A DNA stretch of 63,156 nucleotides, the filler included, from Folioceros fuciformis (lineage: Eukaryota): NCBI GenBank assembly GCA_049999805.1. It is 5 parts of 5 records of this genome, joined end to end, with 100 filler letters (N's around TTAATTAATTAA, not from the genome) between each part and the next. Parts side by side here need not be neighbours in the genome. Positions count along the whole stretch, not along the records: positions 1 to 25,808 come from JBNGIO010005730.1; 4 more parts are not named here. One strand, given 5' to 3'. The notes beneath the pieces are model-generated. The model was not told the origin of the DNA. It ran no database searches and saw nothing but the letters and a program-made list of their open reading frames with translations. Shown here one piece after another: positions 1 through 13,160 of the stretch (position 1 is the stretch's first letter; every line of letters begins with the position of its first letter). The translations under genes and the position numbers were made by a program.

Positions 1-18
1 GTGTGTGTGTGTGTGTGC
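1..18. repeat. (GT)n microsatellite, cut by the window edge
   Basis: gtgtgtgtgtgtgtgtgc seen directly. Confidence 0.9.
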
Positions 19-3000
19 GTGTCTGTGTTTGTGTAAGCTTAAGCCTTGCCTTGCCGACGCCTCTGCTTCTCGTAGCACCCGGTGGCTCGGCGTGTCGTCG
101 GCTTCCCCTCTCCTCCCCTCTCCCGCTGCTCTTGCCCACCGGGCTTCCTAGCCATGGACGCCGCTACCCGACCATCAACCTACGCTCTTCTCGATCTTCT
201 GTAGCTGCTGCTTCGCATACGCCTACCACTCGTCACCCCCACCTTCCCGCACTTCTCCTTTTTCCTCCACCTACCTGCTGCAGGCCTAGGCTGCTGCTCC
301 ACCCTTGTCCCGACCTCTGCTGTCACCAACCTGGTTACAACGGTGGAGAGCTTCTGCAGCGCTTGGATCCCTTCACCTGCCTACGCCGCCTCCTACTCCC
401 TCCACCGTTGCTCTCGAGTGCAAACGCTCGCTCATCTTTGCATCTACCACCTGCCACCTCCTCTAATACTGGTTCCAACTGCTTTTCCTGCCTACCACTG
501 CCGCAGCTTGCTTCAGCCAACTCATCCCGCCGCATCTTAGATCTTGACTGCACCAACGCAGACCATGTCTTTCCTCTCTTCCGCCCTTGCACACAAATCC
601 CTCTGCTCTGCTGTGTATCCCCTCGCCGCTTCCTGCTAGACTCCCCCACAGCCCACGCCTCCGTTTCTGCTCGTCTTCTCACTTTCGCGGACTGCTCTGA
701 CGTCGCAATGGGTTGAAAGGACTGCAGGTGCTAGGGGGGTGGCAGCGGGCTGACAGCCGAAGGGACGAGACGAGTAGGATTGCAATAGTCGAGTGCGCGC
801 CAGCTCTTCAATCAAGTCCTCCACGACTTAGACAGCGGCAGCAAGCAACCCAAGTTTCTCCTATCCCTCCACCCGCTCCTCTATACCTTTTGTCACTTTC
901 TCTTGTGCCTTAGGCCGTGCCGGGCTTCGGCTCGCCATTGCCTCTGCCCGCCATTACGTACTCTACTTTCGCACCTCTAGACACACACATATATAGACAG
1001 CTGTTCTTCTTAGCTCAGCCCAGCTCAGCTCAGCTCACCACTCAAAGCTGAACTTCTTTTCACAAATCTCCCTTCTTCCGGCTACACCTACGCAGCCCTA
1101 GCAGCTCTTGTGTCTGGCATCCTAAGTCCACTCGCAGTCTTCCCTACCCCACCTCTTTCCTTGCTTGATGTCAGGACCCGACTTCCCAACTTAATTCACC
1201 CACTCCCTTCTCCCATTTCCTACTAAAACAAGCACTTTTATGAAGGCTACAAGCGGGGGCGTCCCCCCTACCCTGTCCTGGGACGCCGGCGGCTTCGCCT
1301 CTGCGGTCAGGGGCCTGCAGCTCCTCCTTGTGGCTTGCCAGCTGCGAGCCTCGGCTTCTCTCGGGGCCGGGGACTTTCTGCTGGCTTGGAGCCGGGGCTG
1401 AGGTCTTTCATACACCTGGGCGCGCCCGGTTTCAAGCCCTCGGCTTCTCCCCTCCACCTCCAAGGGTGTACAGGGTAGGAGATCTTGAAACTGTGGTTGT
1501 TGCCTGGACCCGGACCCGCGCCGGCGGCGGCGGCGGCTCCCATTGCATTGGACCACTTCCAACTGGACCTCCCCGCTTCATCACGACATCATCTTCGCCC
1601 ACGAGTCCCAAGCTGGAGTATCGAGTGCAGGAACAGCTCAGTCAGTTCAGTTTTTAACAAGGTTCCGAGGGGCTTTGCTCAAAGATTGATACTTCCACAG
1701 CGGCTGCCACCACCTATACACTTCCCGACCAAGTCCGCCTGAGCTTCATTCTTTCACCGCCGTCTTCTCCTCTACTCTGTAAATATTTCTCTCCACTCCA
1801 CCCTTAATTGCTTCTTTCATGTCTTCAACACCTGCTGCTGCTGCCCATTAGCTCACTTCCTTTGGCTTTCTTTTATCTGTCTTCTTCTTCTCAGTGGTGT
1901 TTCCTGTTATCCTCATCCTCTGTACATTCCGTCTAGCCTCGTTTCATCTCGTCTCCGCATTTTCTTGCCCTTTTCTTCTTTCTTGCTCCCCATGTGAATG
2001 TAATCTCCAAGCGGCTTGTCTCTACCCCATCCTCCACTGTCCTAGCCTAGTCTCAGTCTCAAGGATGAAGACATTAAATCTCTCCCCTACCGACAGTAAT
2101 CTATTGAATCAGATCTGCCTCATCAATATGCCTTTCCTGCCTTCTGTCCCACCTGTACACGCTCCACCACTCTACCGATGCAAATAATATTCCGATTGTG
2201 CCCAGACCATCACCCAACGCGAGCACCTTTCGAGGGTCACACGTTCTCGTTTTTCCTCTTTATCCTCTTTTTTTTTACTTTACTTTACTTTTTTTTTTTG
2301 TTTCCCACCCCAAGCTGAGCTTGTGTGTGTTTGAGAACATGCTGATGTCACCTACTGGAAAGCTGGCTTATGACTGCTGATCACCCTCATCAATTTGGGA
2401 TTAGCTACTTTCATGTGTGCTTTGCCACTATTCCGACTGTGAACCAGTAGCTCAAACGAGTGCGCCTGGCTCATTTGATGCGAAGTCAAGTCTTCAACAC
2501 CAACACTCTTTTCATCTCTGTGGGTGAAGTGTAAAGTAAGTCCACATCCATGGAACGCGCCATGTCCATGACCCTTCGCCGCCGTCGCAAGTAGTTGTAG
2601 GTGGATCCACTAAACATGCCACTAACTTATTTTCTCTTGTGGCTGGGACCTCTTCCAGGTCTGTCTCCTGGTTGCTGCTCCACTACTAAGCTCGAGCATG
2701 CTCCTCTCTGAAAGTCACGGCGCTGGCTTTTGGGGTGAGTTGCTGATGCAAACAGTTCTTCCTGGTCAGTTACTTGGTCTACCCTTCCTGGTTGCCCCAT
2801 CACCAGGTTTGCTTTGTTACGAAATGCATTTACGTGTGGCCACTTGTCTCTTGGATCCAGGTTCCTGCTGCGAGTGCAAACGTGTGTGACTGTTTTACAC
2901 ATTGCAAGGACTGATCTGCCAGCAAGTCATCAGTGATGATTCTCGGACTCATGTCGGTTCGTGTGAGCATCCAGTATCTACTTAATATTTTTTCTTCAAG

Positions 3001-3125
3001 GATCGTGGAATAAGACTACCTTCACAAGTAACACTGGTGAGAGACTTGGTGCACCTGACTTTCTCTTTTATCTATATATCGGATCTGCAACTGGACGTCG
3101 ACATTGGAGCAGACCAGTACGAGTT

Positions 3126-6100
3126 ATGAACTTCCGTTCCTCCAGGAGCACTGCCAATATGACAGAGACGGTGTTGCACTGCAACCCTTTGGCCAAGGAT
3201 CCGAGCATCATGCGCTCATCCTGGCACACTGCTGGCCCTCTGCTGGCCAACTACGATAACTTCTCCATGATGGGCTTTTGCGGCGCCAACGTCAACCAAG
3301 CTGCAGCTGTAACTGCAAATGGCAGCTTTGCTAGCCAGAACCCCCGCCTGTTACAACCGGGCAAGGCACCTGTGTCTCCCAGCAGCTGTCTGCCAAGTCT
3401 CCACGCAGGAGCCGGAGGTGGTACGTTCAGTCTGGGGCTGCTATCGCATCGAAACTGTCATTTTCCCAAGAGCCTTGCAGGGGTGGCGCCCGGTTTGGGA
3501 ATGGGGTTGACCGAGTCCCAGTTGCACGGTACGACCGATGTGTTCCATCATGGCGCCATCCCTCGCCTGCCTTCCTCCTATCTGCAGTCTCCTGCTCGAA
3601 GCCCGTCTTCGTCGACGACACTTCGGAGCGGGTCAGCTTTCTTTGGACGAGACGACCAATTGGCCCCGCTCTATGGATATACGGACTTTCCGCAACTAGG
3701 CAACGGCCCCGGCTCCGGCTCGGGGAGTGGTATGAACCTGCACGCTATCAGCAGTGGTGAGATCGGCAATCTCTTTCACTCTTGCGGCTTGCCGGAAGAA
3801 TACTCTAGCTGGGCCGCCCCCTGGCCCAAAATTGACGAAGACAATTGTACATTCGCGGGCTCAGGCGATGCAGCCACAGGTGCTCACACGTGTAGCGACG
3901 TGGATGCCGCGAGCCACTCTTCAGGTGCGAGTAACGGCGTCCACTCCGGCTCCCAGACTGATCTGTCGGTTGGAGCCAAGCGGCAGCGTGTGGACGTGTC
4001 GTGGACAAATAACTCAGGCTTCGATATTCTGGATTCAACCGAACTGATCCTGGGAGATGACTTGCAGAACATGAGCGTCGGGCCCTCTAGCTGCAACTAC
4101 GGTGGCGGTGCCGTAAGTGCAATAGCCTCGACCATGTCTGTGCAGCCGGTGAGTCAGAGCATCCCTATACCTGCCGAGAGCAGCACCTGCACCAGAGCGT
4201 CCGACTCTTCACCAGGCCAGGAGTCGAGGATACGCTGCAAACACCAGGAGGGGGCAATGCCATTGGCTCCTCTCTGCACCCCGCTGCGAAGCAGCAACAG
4301 TGGTACCCGCCCTGTCGCTCAGGGCCAGGGTGTCGGCGCCGGGAACTCCCCTCGTAGCGTGCTTAATTTGTCGGCCTCGGAAAGTCAGGATACAGCATCT
4401 GCAACTGCGCTTTCGGCGGTCACGGCCCAAGTGATATCGACCAGGCCTCTGCAGGTCCAGGCTCCCTCTGCAGGGCCCGGCATGGTCATGCAGCAGTCCA
4501 ACTCTTCCTTCGGGAGCTTGGCATCGTCAGAAGGAGTGATGGATCGCGTGCGTCCTGCCTACTCCATCGGCTCGGCGAACGGATCCAACCCCGCGGGGTC
4601 CTGTGTGCAAGTGCATCAGCCCTGTGCTAACTCTCAGCTGTCACAGCCGATGGGATTCACGGGAGTGCCTCCAGCGTCTGATGAGTCTCCGCGAGTCAAC
4701 GTTCTGAATCCAGCAGTGCGCAGCAGTGCAGGTGTCGACAGATTCGGAGCTGGTATTGAGATGACAAACTTTCAGAGCCATGCTCAGTTTGCCAACTGTG
4801 CACGTGCCGATACCAAGAACAGCTCCGGATCCACGGCTATGCTCGGAGCATTGAGCCATCCACACGCGCAGTTATCCTCTCCGGCAAACCATCTAGACGT
4901 AGTTGTCTGCACCTCGTTTCTGGAGAATGTTCAGGGAGTGAGTCCGGGGGGAAGCCGAGAGCAGGGGCAGGGGCAGGGGCAGGGGCAGGGGCAAGGGCAA
5001 GGGCAAGGGCAGCGGATCCAGAGTCAGCACAATCTTCCCACACTGTCGTCTCTAGGCGTCAGCACTTGTACAAGGGGAGTCCTCTCGGACGCCACCTCTA
5101 GTGTCGCAGTGAAACGGGAGTATGCAACCCTCGCCACTCCGTGTATGGCCACCGACATGGGGCACGCCTACGACAAGGAGGCTTCACACTGCAAGCGGTC
5201 GTGGCCCACATCGTTGCCGGCGAATAATGTCGAGCTACCACTGGGATCATCAGTTATTGCAACTAGCAGTTATTGCCAGCCCATGACCCTGGACAGCTTG
5301 AGCAGCAGCATCACCGAATGGGTAGCGGGCCGTTCCGACAATTTGTCACAGGCTGTCCCAAAGACCGCAGTTGCGGCTGCCGGCCTGGGTTCCTGGCAGT
5401 CGAATGCCGTGAATAATGTCGCGGGCGTGCACTCCTGCGGGCACGCCGCAGTCGCCGCGGCTGGCAACATTCACGTCAGCCCCACCCGTGTGGAAGTAAA
5501 TAAGAACGACTGTGGTCAGCGCAAGCGGTTGAACGCGGACGACATGCAGGACCCCACCAGCAAGAGACTGAAGGTGAGAAAAAACTTTCCACCTGCACAC
5601 ACCTAATTTTGCTTCAAGGGCGCGCAGTTACATTGTTACGAACGCCTTTCCGGTGAGAGAGTCACTCTACCCTGCCTCAGGCTGATGCCGTTTACACTGC
5701 AGGACAATATTAAGGGGCCGGGGCAGGTGCAGCAAGTGCAAGCGGCTGTCACGGTTGGGGTCAAGTCGTGCCCAACTTCTACTTCAACCAGCCAGAAGGC
5801 CGTAGGTCCTGCGCTCAACACTAATCTGAAGCCAAGGGCCAGGCAAGGAAGTGCCAACGATCCTCAAAGCATCGCTGCTAGAGTAAGTGAAGTCGATTGT
5901 GTGACTACATCGCACGGCTGGTGAATCGCTTGCCAGTCAAGCGTATGACATCTCACATTCTGCACTCTTGCTTTTTGTTGCAGCATCGGCGAGAGCGAAT
6001 AAGCGAAAGGCTCAAGGTTTTGCAAGATCTTGTTCCCAACGGCTCCAAGGTGCGCAAGTTTCAGCAACCCGTCCGCTCGCTAGATTATGATAGCTCGACG

Positions 6101-6465
6101 GGCGGCGCTTGCATAACCTGTGAACGTACGTCTTTGCAGGTGGATTTGGTGACCATGCTGGAGAAAGCTATCAACTACGTCAAGTCTCTTCAGCTACAAG
6201 TGAAGGTGATCCTTGCATTTTGACATGAAATTTCCGATTGTACCTTTCCCTTCCTCTAGTCGTACTGTAACGGTTGAAATTTTACGATGCCTCGTTACGC
6301 GCCCATTTTCAGTTTTTGGCGACGGACGAGTTTTGGCAAGACGCCGACAAATCTTGCGCTCCAAACATGGAAGGAATGTCATTGGAAGTAGCCGCTCAAA
6401 TGATGACGGAGACGCTGCAGGCTGCAGTGAAGAGTGAACAAGGGGACCGTCACTTGGAAGCCTAA
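3126..6465 (+). CDS. RSL1: Class I ROOT HAIR DEFECTIVE SIX-LIKE bHLH transcription factor, about 970 aa. Predicted exons 3126-5573, 5703-5882, 5984-6049, 6140-6205, 6313-6465
   Basis: Spliced product reads GPALNTNLKPRARQGSANDPQSIAAR|HRRERISERLKVLQDLVPNGSK|VDLVTMLEKAINYVKSLQLQVK|FLATDEFW, the RHD6/RSL1 bHLH plus RSL motif. All introns are GT-AG and keep the frame. Long low-complexity N-terminus as in bryophyte RSL1 proteins. Confidence 0.93.
4961..5012 (+). repeat. (CAGGGG/CAAGGG)n hexamer repeat encoding poly-QG in RSL exon 1
   Basis: gcaggggcaggggcaggggcaggggcaggggcaagggcaagggcaagggcag. Confidence 0.9.
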
Positions 6466-7068
6466 GTTTCTCCCAGGCTCCTCTTCCTAATAAGTTGTCT
6501 CTCAGTTTGTGTCCAGTACTAGATCTGTCTGTGTGAGGACTGTGTGATGGGTGTTACCAGAGTCTGTTGCCTCTGGGGGACTCCGGAGCCCTGTGAAATA
6601 AAACCACCAGCGAGTAGTTCGCGCTTTCGTACACGTATTGGCACCCTCTTCCCAGGTTGAAACCGTAGAAATGAGAGGTTATCTCAACAGCGAACCTGTT
6701 CGAAACCCTAAACCCTCCCCATTTCCCACTTCGAGTTCCTTTCAGCAATTGGCAATCATGTCAAAATTTCTATTGTTGCGAATGAGAATGCTTGGAATGA
6801 TGTGACCAGCTTCAGCAGCACGGCTCTTGCGAATTGACCGTAATGCTGACCCGTGCTCCAAGCTGACCAGTAGTCTAGTGTGAATGGCGGACTGCTGTGC
6901 CTTGGGCCTCACTGTTTACACTTGCTAGCCACTACCTTATTTGCATGTCCATGTCACTAAGAACAGTACAGTGCCGTGAACCCCACAATAAATAACATGT
7001 GCGCTTTAAAATAGTTGCCAACAAGTACGGCGCTACGGCAGTCACCAGACATAGAGGAAGCAAAGGGC

Positions 7069-9967
7069 TTAGCTTGCTACAGTAATGGGCTGGCAAGGAA
7101 TTATTCCATCACAACCCAAAACGTCCTTATACTCCCTGCTGATCCAAAACTCATCGTATACCTGACCATCACTGCTACGCTTATACTCCAGAAGAAGTGA
7201 AGAGTGGTTGTAAGCCGTTAGTTTTGTGAACCCAAAGTCGTAGTCTTTCTCCAGACTCCAAGTGGTGTTCACAGTGGTGAAGTTAGCCAACCCTGCTCCT
7301 CCCCCTCCCACAACCAAGTGTATCGTAGCATTGAAGGTGCCAGAATAATGGTGTCGCTCATGGCTGAGGCATATGTTCTACATGAGAAACAGACAAGAGC
7401 CATTCCAAAATGAGGAGATTCAAGCACCTACAGAACACATTCAGGTAAGGTAAAGCATTCTATACGGATTAACAGTGTCCGATACCTCATACACAGGACA
7501 TGTGCGTTCGTAGCTATGGATGTGACCATAGAAAGCCAGGTCCACCTTGTACTTCTGCCAAAGCCGCTGGAGGCTACCACGGCCCCCAGGTTCACCAAAG
7601 TCCCCAGCGGCGGCGTAGTAAAATCCAGAAGAATATCCTACAACACGATGTGCAATAAAAACCAGCCATGGTTGTTTCTGCCGGTCAACTGAGGCAAGGC
7701 ACTCCTCGATGAACTTATACTGCTCCGATCCCTCTCTCCAGTCATGCTCAGTATCAGCCACGCAGAAGTGAAATAGACCATAATCAGTGGAATACCTGGC
7801 AAAACAAATCATCCCACAGCCATTAAACCAGTGAACCTTGGGACTCTAAGCCAGCATCGACAAACCTGATGCAGCGAAGGCGGCCACACATGGTGTTGAA
7901 GCCCTCTACCAGAACTTAGCCCGATTCTTCAACGGCATGCTGTACATTGTCTCTGCAACTACTCCACATTCACCACCCGAGTCAATGTTTTGGTAGTAGG
8001 AACCAGAGCCAGGCCAATCCCTTTCATGATTCCCACTAGCTATCATGAAAGGAACACGACGAGCGATACCCCCGACCTGCTCCGTAAACTGATCCCATTC
8101 CGAAAGATATCCATTGGCGTAGGAAAGATCGCCTATCAAAAACAGGATGTCAAAGTTGTCTAAATCCTGCACAAGCGTATCAGTTGTGTTCAGCGCTCCA
8201 GGCTGGTAGTCGTTGTAGACATTGGAGCCATCCCGTTCCACCTGTAGACAATGTGACATTAAGCACTTTGTGGACAATATGAACAGAAAACTGCAATTGC
8301 TCAGGGTACATCGCTACATTCGAGACCAGATATCCATATCCGGGCGAACCTTTCCCATGTCGCCAAATATGACAACTCGTTGTAAGGAGTTCTGTCCAGG
8401 AAATGGAGCTGACTTGAAAGAGTTAGCTTCTCCCCAGACATAGCTACCATTGAAAAGCTTGTGACCCACCGTATAGTAGTAACTGCACGACAATACGTCT
8501 ATCTGTGTTACTCGCTTCCCTGCCTACCGAGCCCAGACCTCATGCGTGTCAAAATACGCGGTCAAAGTCCCAGACGGAACTAAAATGAAACAAGACAATT
8601 TTGGGTGCACTGATGTGCCCTTACTTGTAACTTGGCCAAAGATCCTTCAGGTGTCCTGTATGGAAATACCCTGGATCTCTCCATCCCACTGTACTGGCAG
8701 GAGGACCTGTATGAAACATCGAGCACAGTCAAACTCAGATTACCGATTACCTCCACATTCAAAACAACAGAAGCCCTACCGCACATGTCACTGCGCGCAT
8801 ATGTAAGAGTGACGGCGGCAGTTGTAAGCTGTTCTTTGTCATCTTGAGGCCCCCATCTAACCAACGGGATGCCATCATCCAGGCTATAACCACTCGTCCA
8901 GGTGACGGTCATCTGTTAACATCCTGTTGTTTGTTAGCTACCTGATGAAGGTCAATGCAACTCCGGACTGCCGATGATCCTGTACGATGAAAGATGAGGA
9001 TCCACACACCCACCTCATTCCAAGCAAACCCCTGAGCCAGCCTTTCATACGCTGGCGCCTTTGGATTTTCGAAACGTACTGTGTTAGAGATGGCCAGTAA
9101 CACCGGCTGAATTGACACGAAAGTTTGAGCAGAGTCAGTGAACAACCAAACGTTTCCTGACTCTACACGTTAGGCAAGTTCAAAGCAGAAAAAAACAATT
9201 TTGACCTTACGTTGCTCAAGTCGCCTTCGAAAAAGCCGAAGGAAAAGTCAGACCGCTGGTTGATCAGCCGGAATATCAGGGAACCGGCGCCATTCTGCCC
9301 ATAACCGGCTGAAGAGTAGTTGCAGTATTGAAACTGGGCACAGAAATGAGGTCCAGAGTAAACAATCTGTGTGTCAGCAAAAGTAGCTCACTCATACGGT
9401 GGATGAAAAGAATAGGAAGCATAGCCCTACCTTGATAGGAGAGATGCACAGCAACGGTGGAAGATCTTTGTTTGTGGTATCGGCGTCTGGCTTACACAGT
9501 GATGAGCTGAGAGATAATTCCAAAACATAGCGCTGCGGGTCAGAGGAAGACCAGTCCCAGAATGTTGAAAGCAAGACAAGAAGAAGACAGGTGTAGACAG
9601 TTACTTGAAGTTGGCTGGCGAGAAAACAGCAATCCAGTCGGTTACTGCTGCTCCAAAGCGCCGCTTGAATGTCACTGTGACGAGGCCAGAGGTCTCTCCC
9701 TGGAAAAGTTGGATGTTGGGCAAGCAGTTCGATATCGTTTTCACAATTTCAATCCTCTAGAACCTCAAACCCAGGTAAGGGAGGCACCTGGGACCCGAGA
9801 AGGTCTGGTGTAGCAAACACGGACACAGATTCATCCAAGAGAACTCGACTCCTGTCCAATCGTATTCTCGAGAGGGGCTGATGGATATCCTCCGTAATCT
9901 GAAGGGAAACTGACTCGGAGAGCATTCCTGCCAGCACAAACACAAGCAGGTGCACAGTCCTCCCCAT
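7069..9967 (-). CDS. Purple acid phosphatase, nucleotide pyrophosphatase/phosphodiesterase type (PAP1/24/27-like), multi-exon, with signal peptide
   Basis: N-terminus MGRTVHLLVFVLAG...HQPLSRI; metal-ligand motifs FGDMG, GDLSYANG, GNHERDWP, FIAHR, GHIHSYER; C-terminal DYDFGFTKLTAYNHSSLLLEYKRSSDGQVYD. Confidence 0.93.
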
Positions 9968-11006
9968 TCTTCTTGTCGTCAGCAACCCTGAATTGGCACA
10001 CAGGACGCAAGAGATGAACTCCTCAGCTCTCCTCGCTCCTCTGCAAAGTTCCCCATGGAGCGAGAGGGGGGACTTGAACGTGGTGAGCCACAGCCGTCCA
10101 GACACAACTAGACTATTCCGCGCACATTCCTTTCGACGGACCCATGGGAAAAGGTGCCTGTCCGATTCCTGCGCATGTACTCTGAAACAGCTAGCCCTGC
10201 CTTACTGCAGGCTGTTTCGCTGTCGGTGCGTCCAATGCCCATCTCCCTCTTCCGCTTGGAACACATTCTTAATGCCTTGTCAGGTTGTCCCCCTGACTAC
10301 ATTTAGTCAGGCGGGCTCATGATTCCATTTGCCATAACAATCGCAGTTGCTGAGTTGTCGATGCAAGGGATTTAATCATGTCATTGCTTCCTGCATTGCC
10401 TGGTGGGATTGTGTGGTCAACCCACAGGGCCGGAAGGGGTTATTCCCACTATAGGCTGTTTTCAGTTCGTCCAGGATAATGAAATCAGGAGTCTGTGAAG
10501 ATGTGCTCAGGACCATAAATACTACACTGTATGTATGTTCAATCTCCTCCATCCATGTATCTAACTGCAGCAGGAAAGAGCCCAGTCAGACCCCTCTAAT
10601 TGGGAACAATTGGGAGTAGCAAAAATCGTCCCATTTTAGAGGGTTCCCGTTTAGGCATTTTCATTTTTTTGAAAACAAAAATATATATTAAAAAACAAAA
10701 AAACAATTCTTTGAATTAAAAATTCAAAAGAATTTAAAAATCCAAAATGCTCCCTCATACTACATAGTTGTCAACCTAATTTTAGTTTGTTGGGTTAAAA
10801 TAATCATCAATCCTTGATTGATGCTGAGTTGCTTTCATTCAATGACTAGCAATATGTTTTTCCAACTGAGAATGCAACTTCAAAGCATCAAGAGTGTTAT
10901 GTGGCATCTCTTCGCTATCCTCATAGCATTATCTACAGCATCCTTTGTCGTACGTGGTCTTGGCACTATGGCCTCCAATGATGTTGTATCATTCTTCTCA
11001 TCCTCC

Positions 11007-12312
11007 TCATTGGATTAATGCTTGCCATATTTCATCCTCTGTAGGAACATACGTAGTCTTCAATCCTTCATCCTCCTCAAACTTCAGATACTCTTCAGCT
11101 GTCATCATTGGATATCCAACATCCGCAATTCCTGCCATATCCTCAAATGTTAATAATGCTAAGCTTCGCATGGACTGTTGTAGCTCTTCTACCTGAGTTT
11201 CCAACGAATTAGAGTGATTTTGAGGATCCGACAATGGATCCTCTGGATCACATGGTGCACTGTTTAGATCCAAAGACTCACGGAACCGAGCATCTTGTGC
11301 ACGCAATTCCGCATCCAAAGTGCTATGCCTCCAACAATTGCGTATGGTATGAGGACTCACAAATGAAGTCCAAACTTTTACCAGCATAACCATTGTTTGA
11401 TATACATCGATAGTTGTAGCCGCATTGTCTATGATCTGGTTGCATTGGTACGAAATCATCAACTTGCGATACTAAGCCTTGAAAGAACGGATGATCCCTT
11501 GGTCCAAATGTTGATATACACTTATCACATTGGGTGGAAAGAGAACCACCTTTGTAACTTGCAATTGAGCTGCATTACCAAACCGATGCCTAGGACAATT
11601 ATCCGCTATAAGTAACACTCTAATCCGCCCTGATGCAACCATCCTCTGGTCAAAATCTAGCAAAAACTTCTCAAATAGCTCTATTGTCATCCATGCCTTT
11701 TGGTTTGCAGACCAAATAATATTCAAATTCTCGGGATTTTGAACAGTCCTGACGGAAAAAGCACGAGGCCTAAGATATGTGTTAATCACAAAAGGTGGCA
11801 ACTTGCAAGATCCATCAACATTTGTTGTCAATCCAATTATCAACTGGTCCTTAAAATGCTTCCGTCCTGCAACACGCATTGTTGCAATTGTTGAAGAAAA
11901 GACCAGTCTCATCCATATTAAAAACATTTGCAGCTCTATAATCAAGAACTTGAAGTTGCAGCACTCTAGTAGCTGCCTTCATTGCTTTTGTATTGTTAAC
12001 ACTCCCTGCCTCTCCATGTCTGACAACTGATTTAAAATTATACCTTTTCTTCCAGCGAGCAACCCAACCTCTATGGTATGTCATTTTTGGTCTCTCATCT
12101 TCAGGAATCCTCTCGTGGAATTTAGAAGCCATTTCACGAAGCAAGTCATCTAAAATTGTGGCACGTTGAGGTTGGATTGCAAGAGCGCAAACGTGTACTG
12201 CGTGGTCAAGTTGTGGACATACGATTGGTCTATCTCTCATTCTTGTCATATTAGTTGTTGGGCCAATGGCAGGGTCCAACCATTTGTCTATGTCATTCAC
12301 AATCTTAGACAA
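11007..12312 (-). pseudogene. Disrupted pogo transposase (CENP-B-type HTH plus DDE_1 endonuclease)
   Basis: GWVARWKKRY, RHGEAGS, NVFNMDETGLF, KAWMT, LLIADNCPRH, QHLDQGIIRSFKA, TIRNCW split over three ORFs by a frameshift and a stop. Confidence 0.88.
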
Positions 12313-12812
12313 TGCACTTTTAGAAGCTGCTATTGAAAACTTTTATGTTGTCCATCTAGTCAACTCCTTAAGTGTGCAAGAGTGTAGGACATAATATTCG
12401 CAAACCTCTTTCTTTTGTTGCTTTGTTAGGGTAGCATGCTTGCGCGGCGGATTGGGCGGCATTGTTCCTAGACGTCAAAGAGAATGGGTAAGAAACACAT
12501 ACAAAATATCTCACAGCAAAACAACAACTTACAACACCATAAGACAACGTGTACAATGAAACAACTTATGTACTAGGAACAATGCTTCTGATCACAAAGC
12601 ATAGTGTACAGAACTACTACATATGTAGACCCAATCTCGATGATTGTCTATGTTTTATGATATACTCTCGATACCCTTTAACTTGACATAATCTCAACAA
12701 CTCATGATTTAATCTCGATAAGACGATTTCCCTATTACAAAGCTGTACTTGCATTGAATGTTTGGGAGACATGTTCCCATTTACAAATTAGAGGGTTTCC
12801 CATTTAGCATGT

Positions 12813-12948
12813 AGCACATTCAAGGGAGTAAGCTCGGGGCAGCACATTCAAGGGAGTAAGCTCGGGCAGCACATTCAAGGGAGNNNNNNNNNNCAGCACA
12901 TTCAAGGGAGTAAGCTCGGGCAGCACATTCAAGGGAGTAAACTCGGGC
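12813..12948. repeat. 27-bp tandem array (AGCACATTCAAGGGAGTAAGCTCGGGC), about 4-5 copies spanning an N gap
   Basis: Directly visible; no spacers between units. Confidence 0.85.
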
Positions 12949-12964
12949 GTCCCATTTAAAAGGG

Positions 12965-13160
12965 TTCCCATTTATAGGGGTCCCAATTAGAGTTCCCATT
13001 TATAGGGGTTCCAATTAGAGTTCCCATTTATAGGGGTCCCAATTAGAGTTCCCATTTNNNNNNNNNNAGAGTTCCCATTTATAGGGGTCCCAATTAGAGT
13101 TCCCATTTATAGGGGTCCTAATTAGAGTTCCCATTTATAGGGGTCCCAATTAGAGGGGTT
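12965..13160. repeat. 28-bp subterminal tandem array (GTTCCCATTTATAGGGGTCCCAATTAGA), about 6-7 copies spanning an N gap and merging into the right TIR
   Basis: Directly visible; unit contains the inner TIR motif TCCCAATTAGAG. Confidence 0.85.

Noticed and set aside
1166..1591. Possible solo LTR (TGATGTCAGGA...TCACGACATCA)
   Set aside because: Imperfect terminal inverted ends but no matching TSD, PBS or PPT; cannot be supported without other copies
3..2200. Several 60-237 aa ORFs in the C/T-rich first 2.2 kb
   Set aside because: Low complexity and no recognisable motifs; possibly decayed repeat sequence
2932..3058. C/D box snoRNA candidate (GTGATGA...CTGA)
   Set aside because: No convincing terminal stem or recognisable rRNA guide; boxes are expected by chance
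5681..5702. First AG (5680) as the acceptor for RSL intron 1
   Set aside because: Leads to an immediate in-frame TAA; the AG at 5702 keeps the bHLH frame
12813..13160. CRISPR-like short repeats of 27-28 bp
   Set aside because: Head-to-tail with no unique spacers, no cas genes, and inside a eukaryotic transposon end
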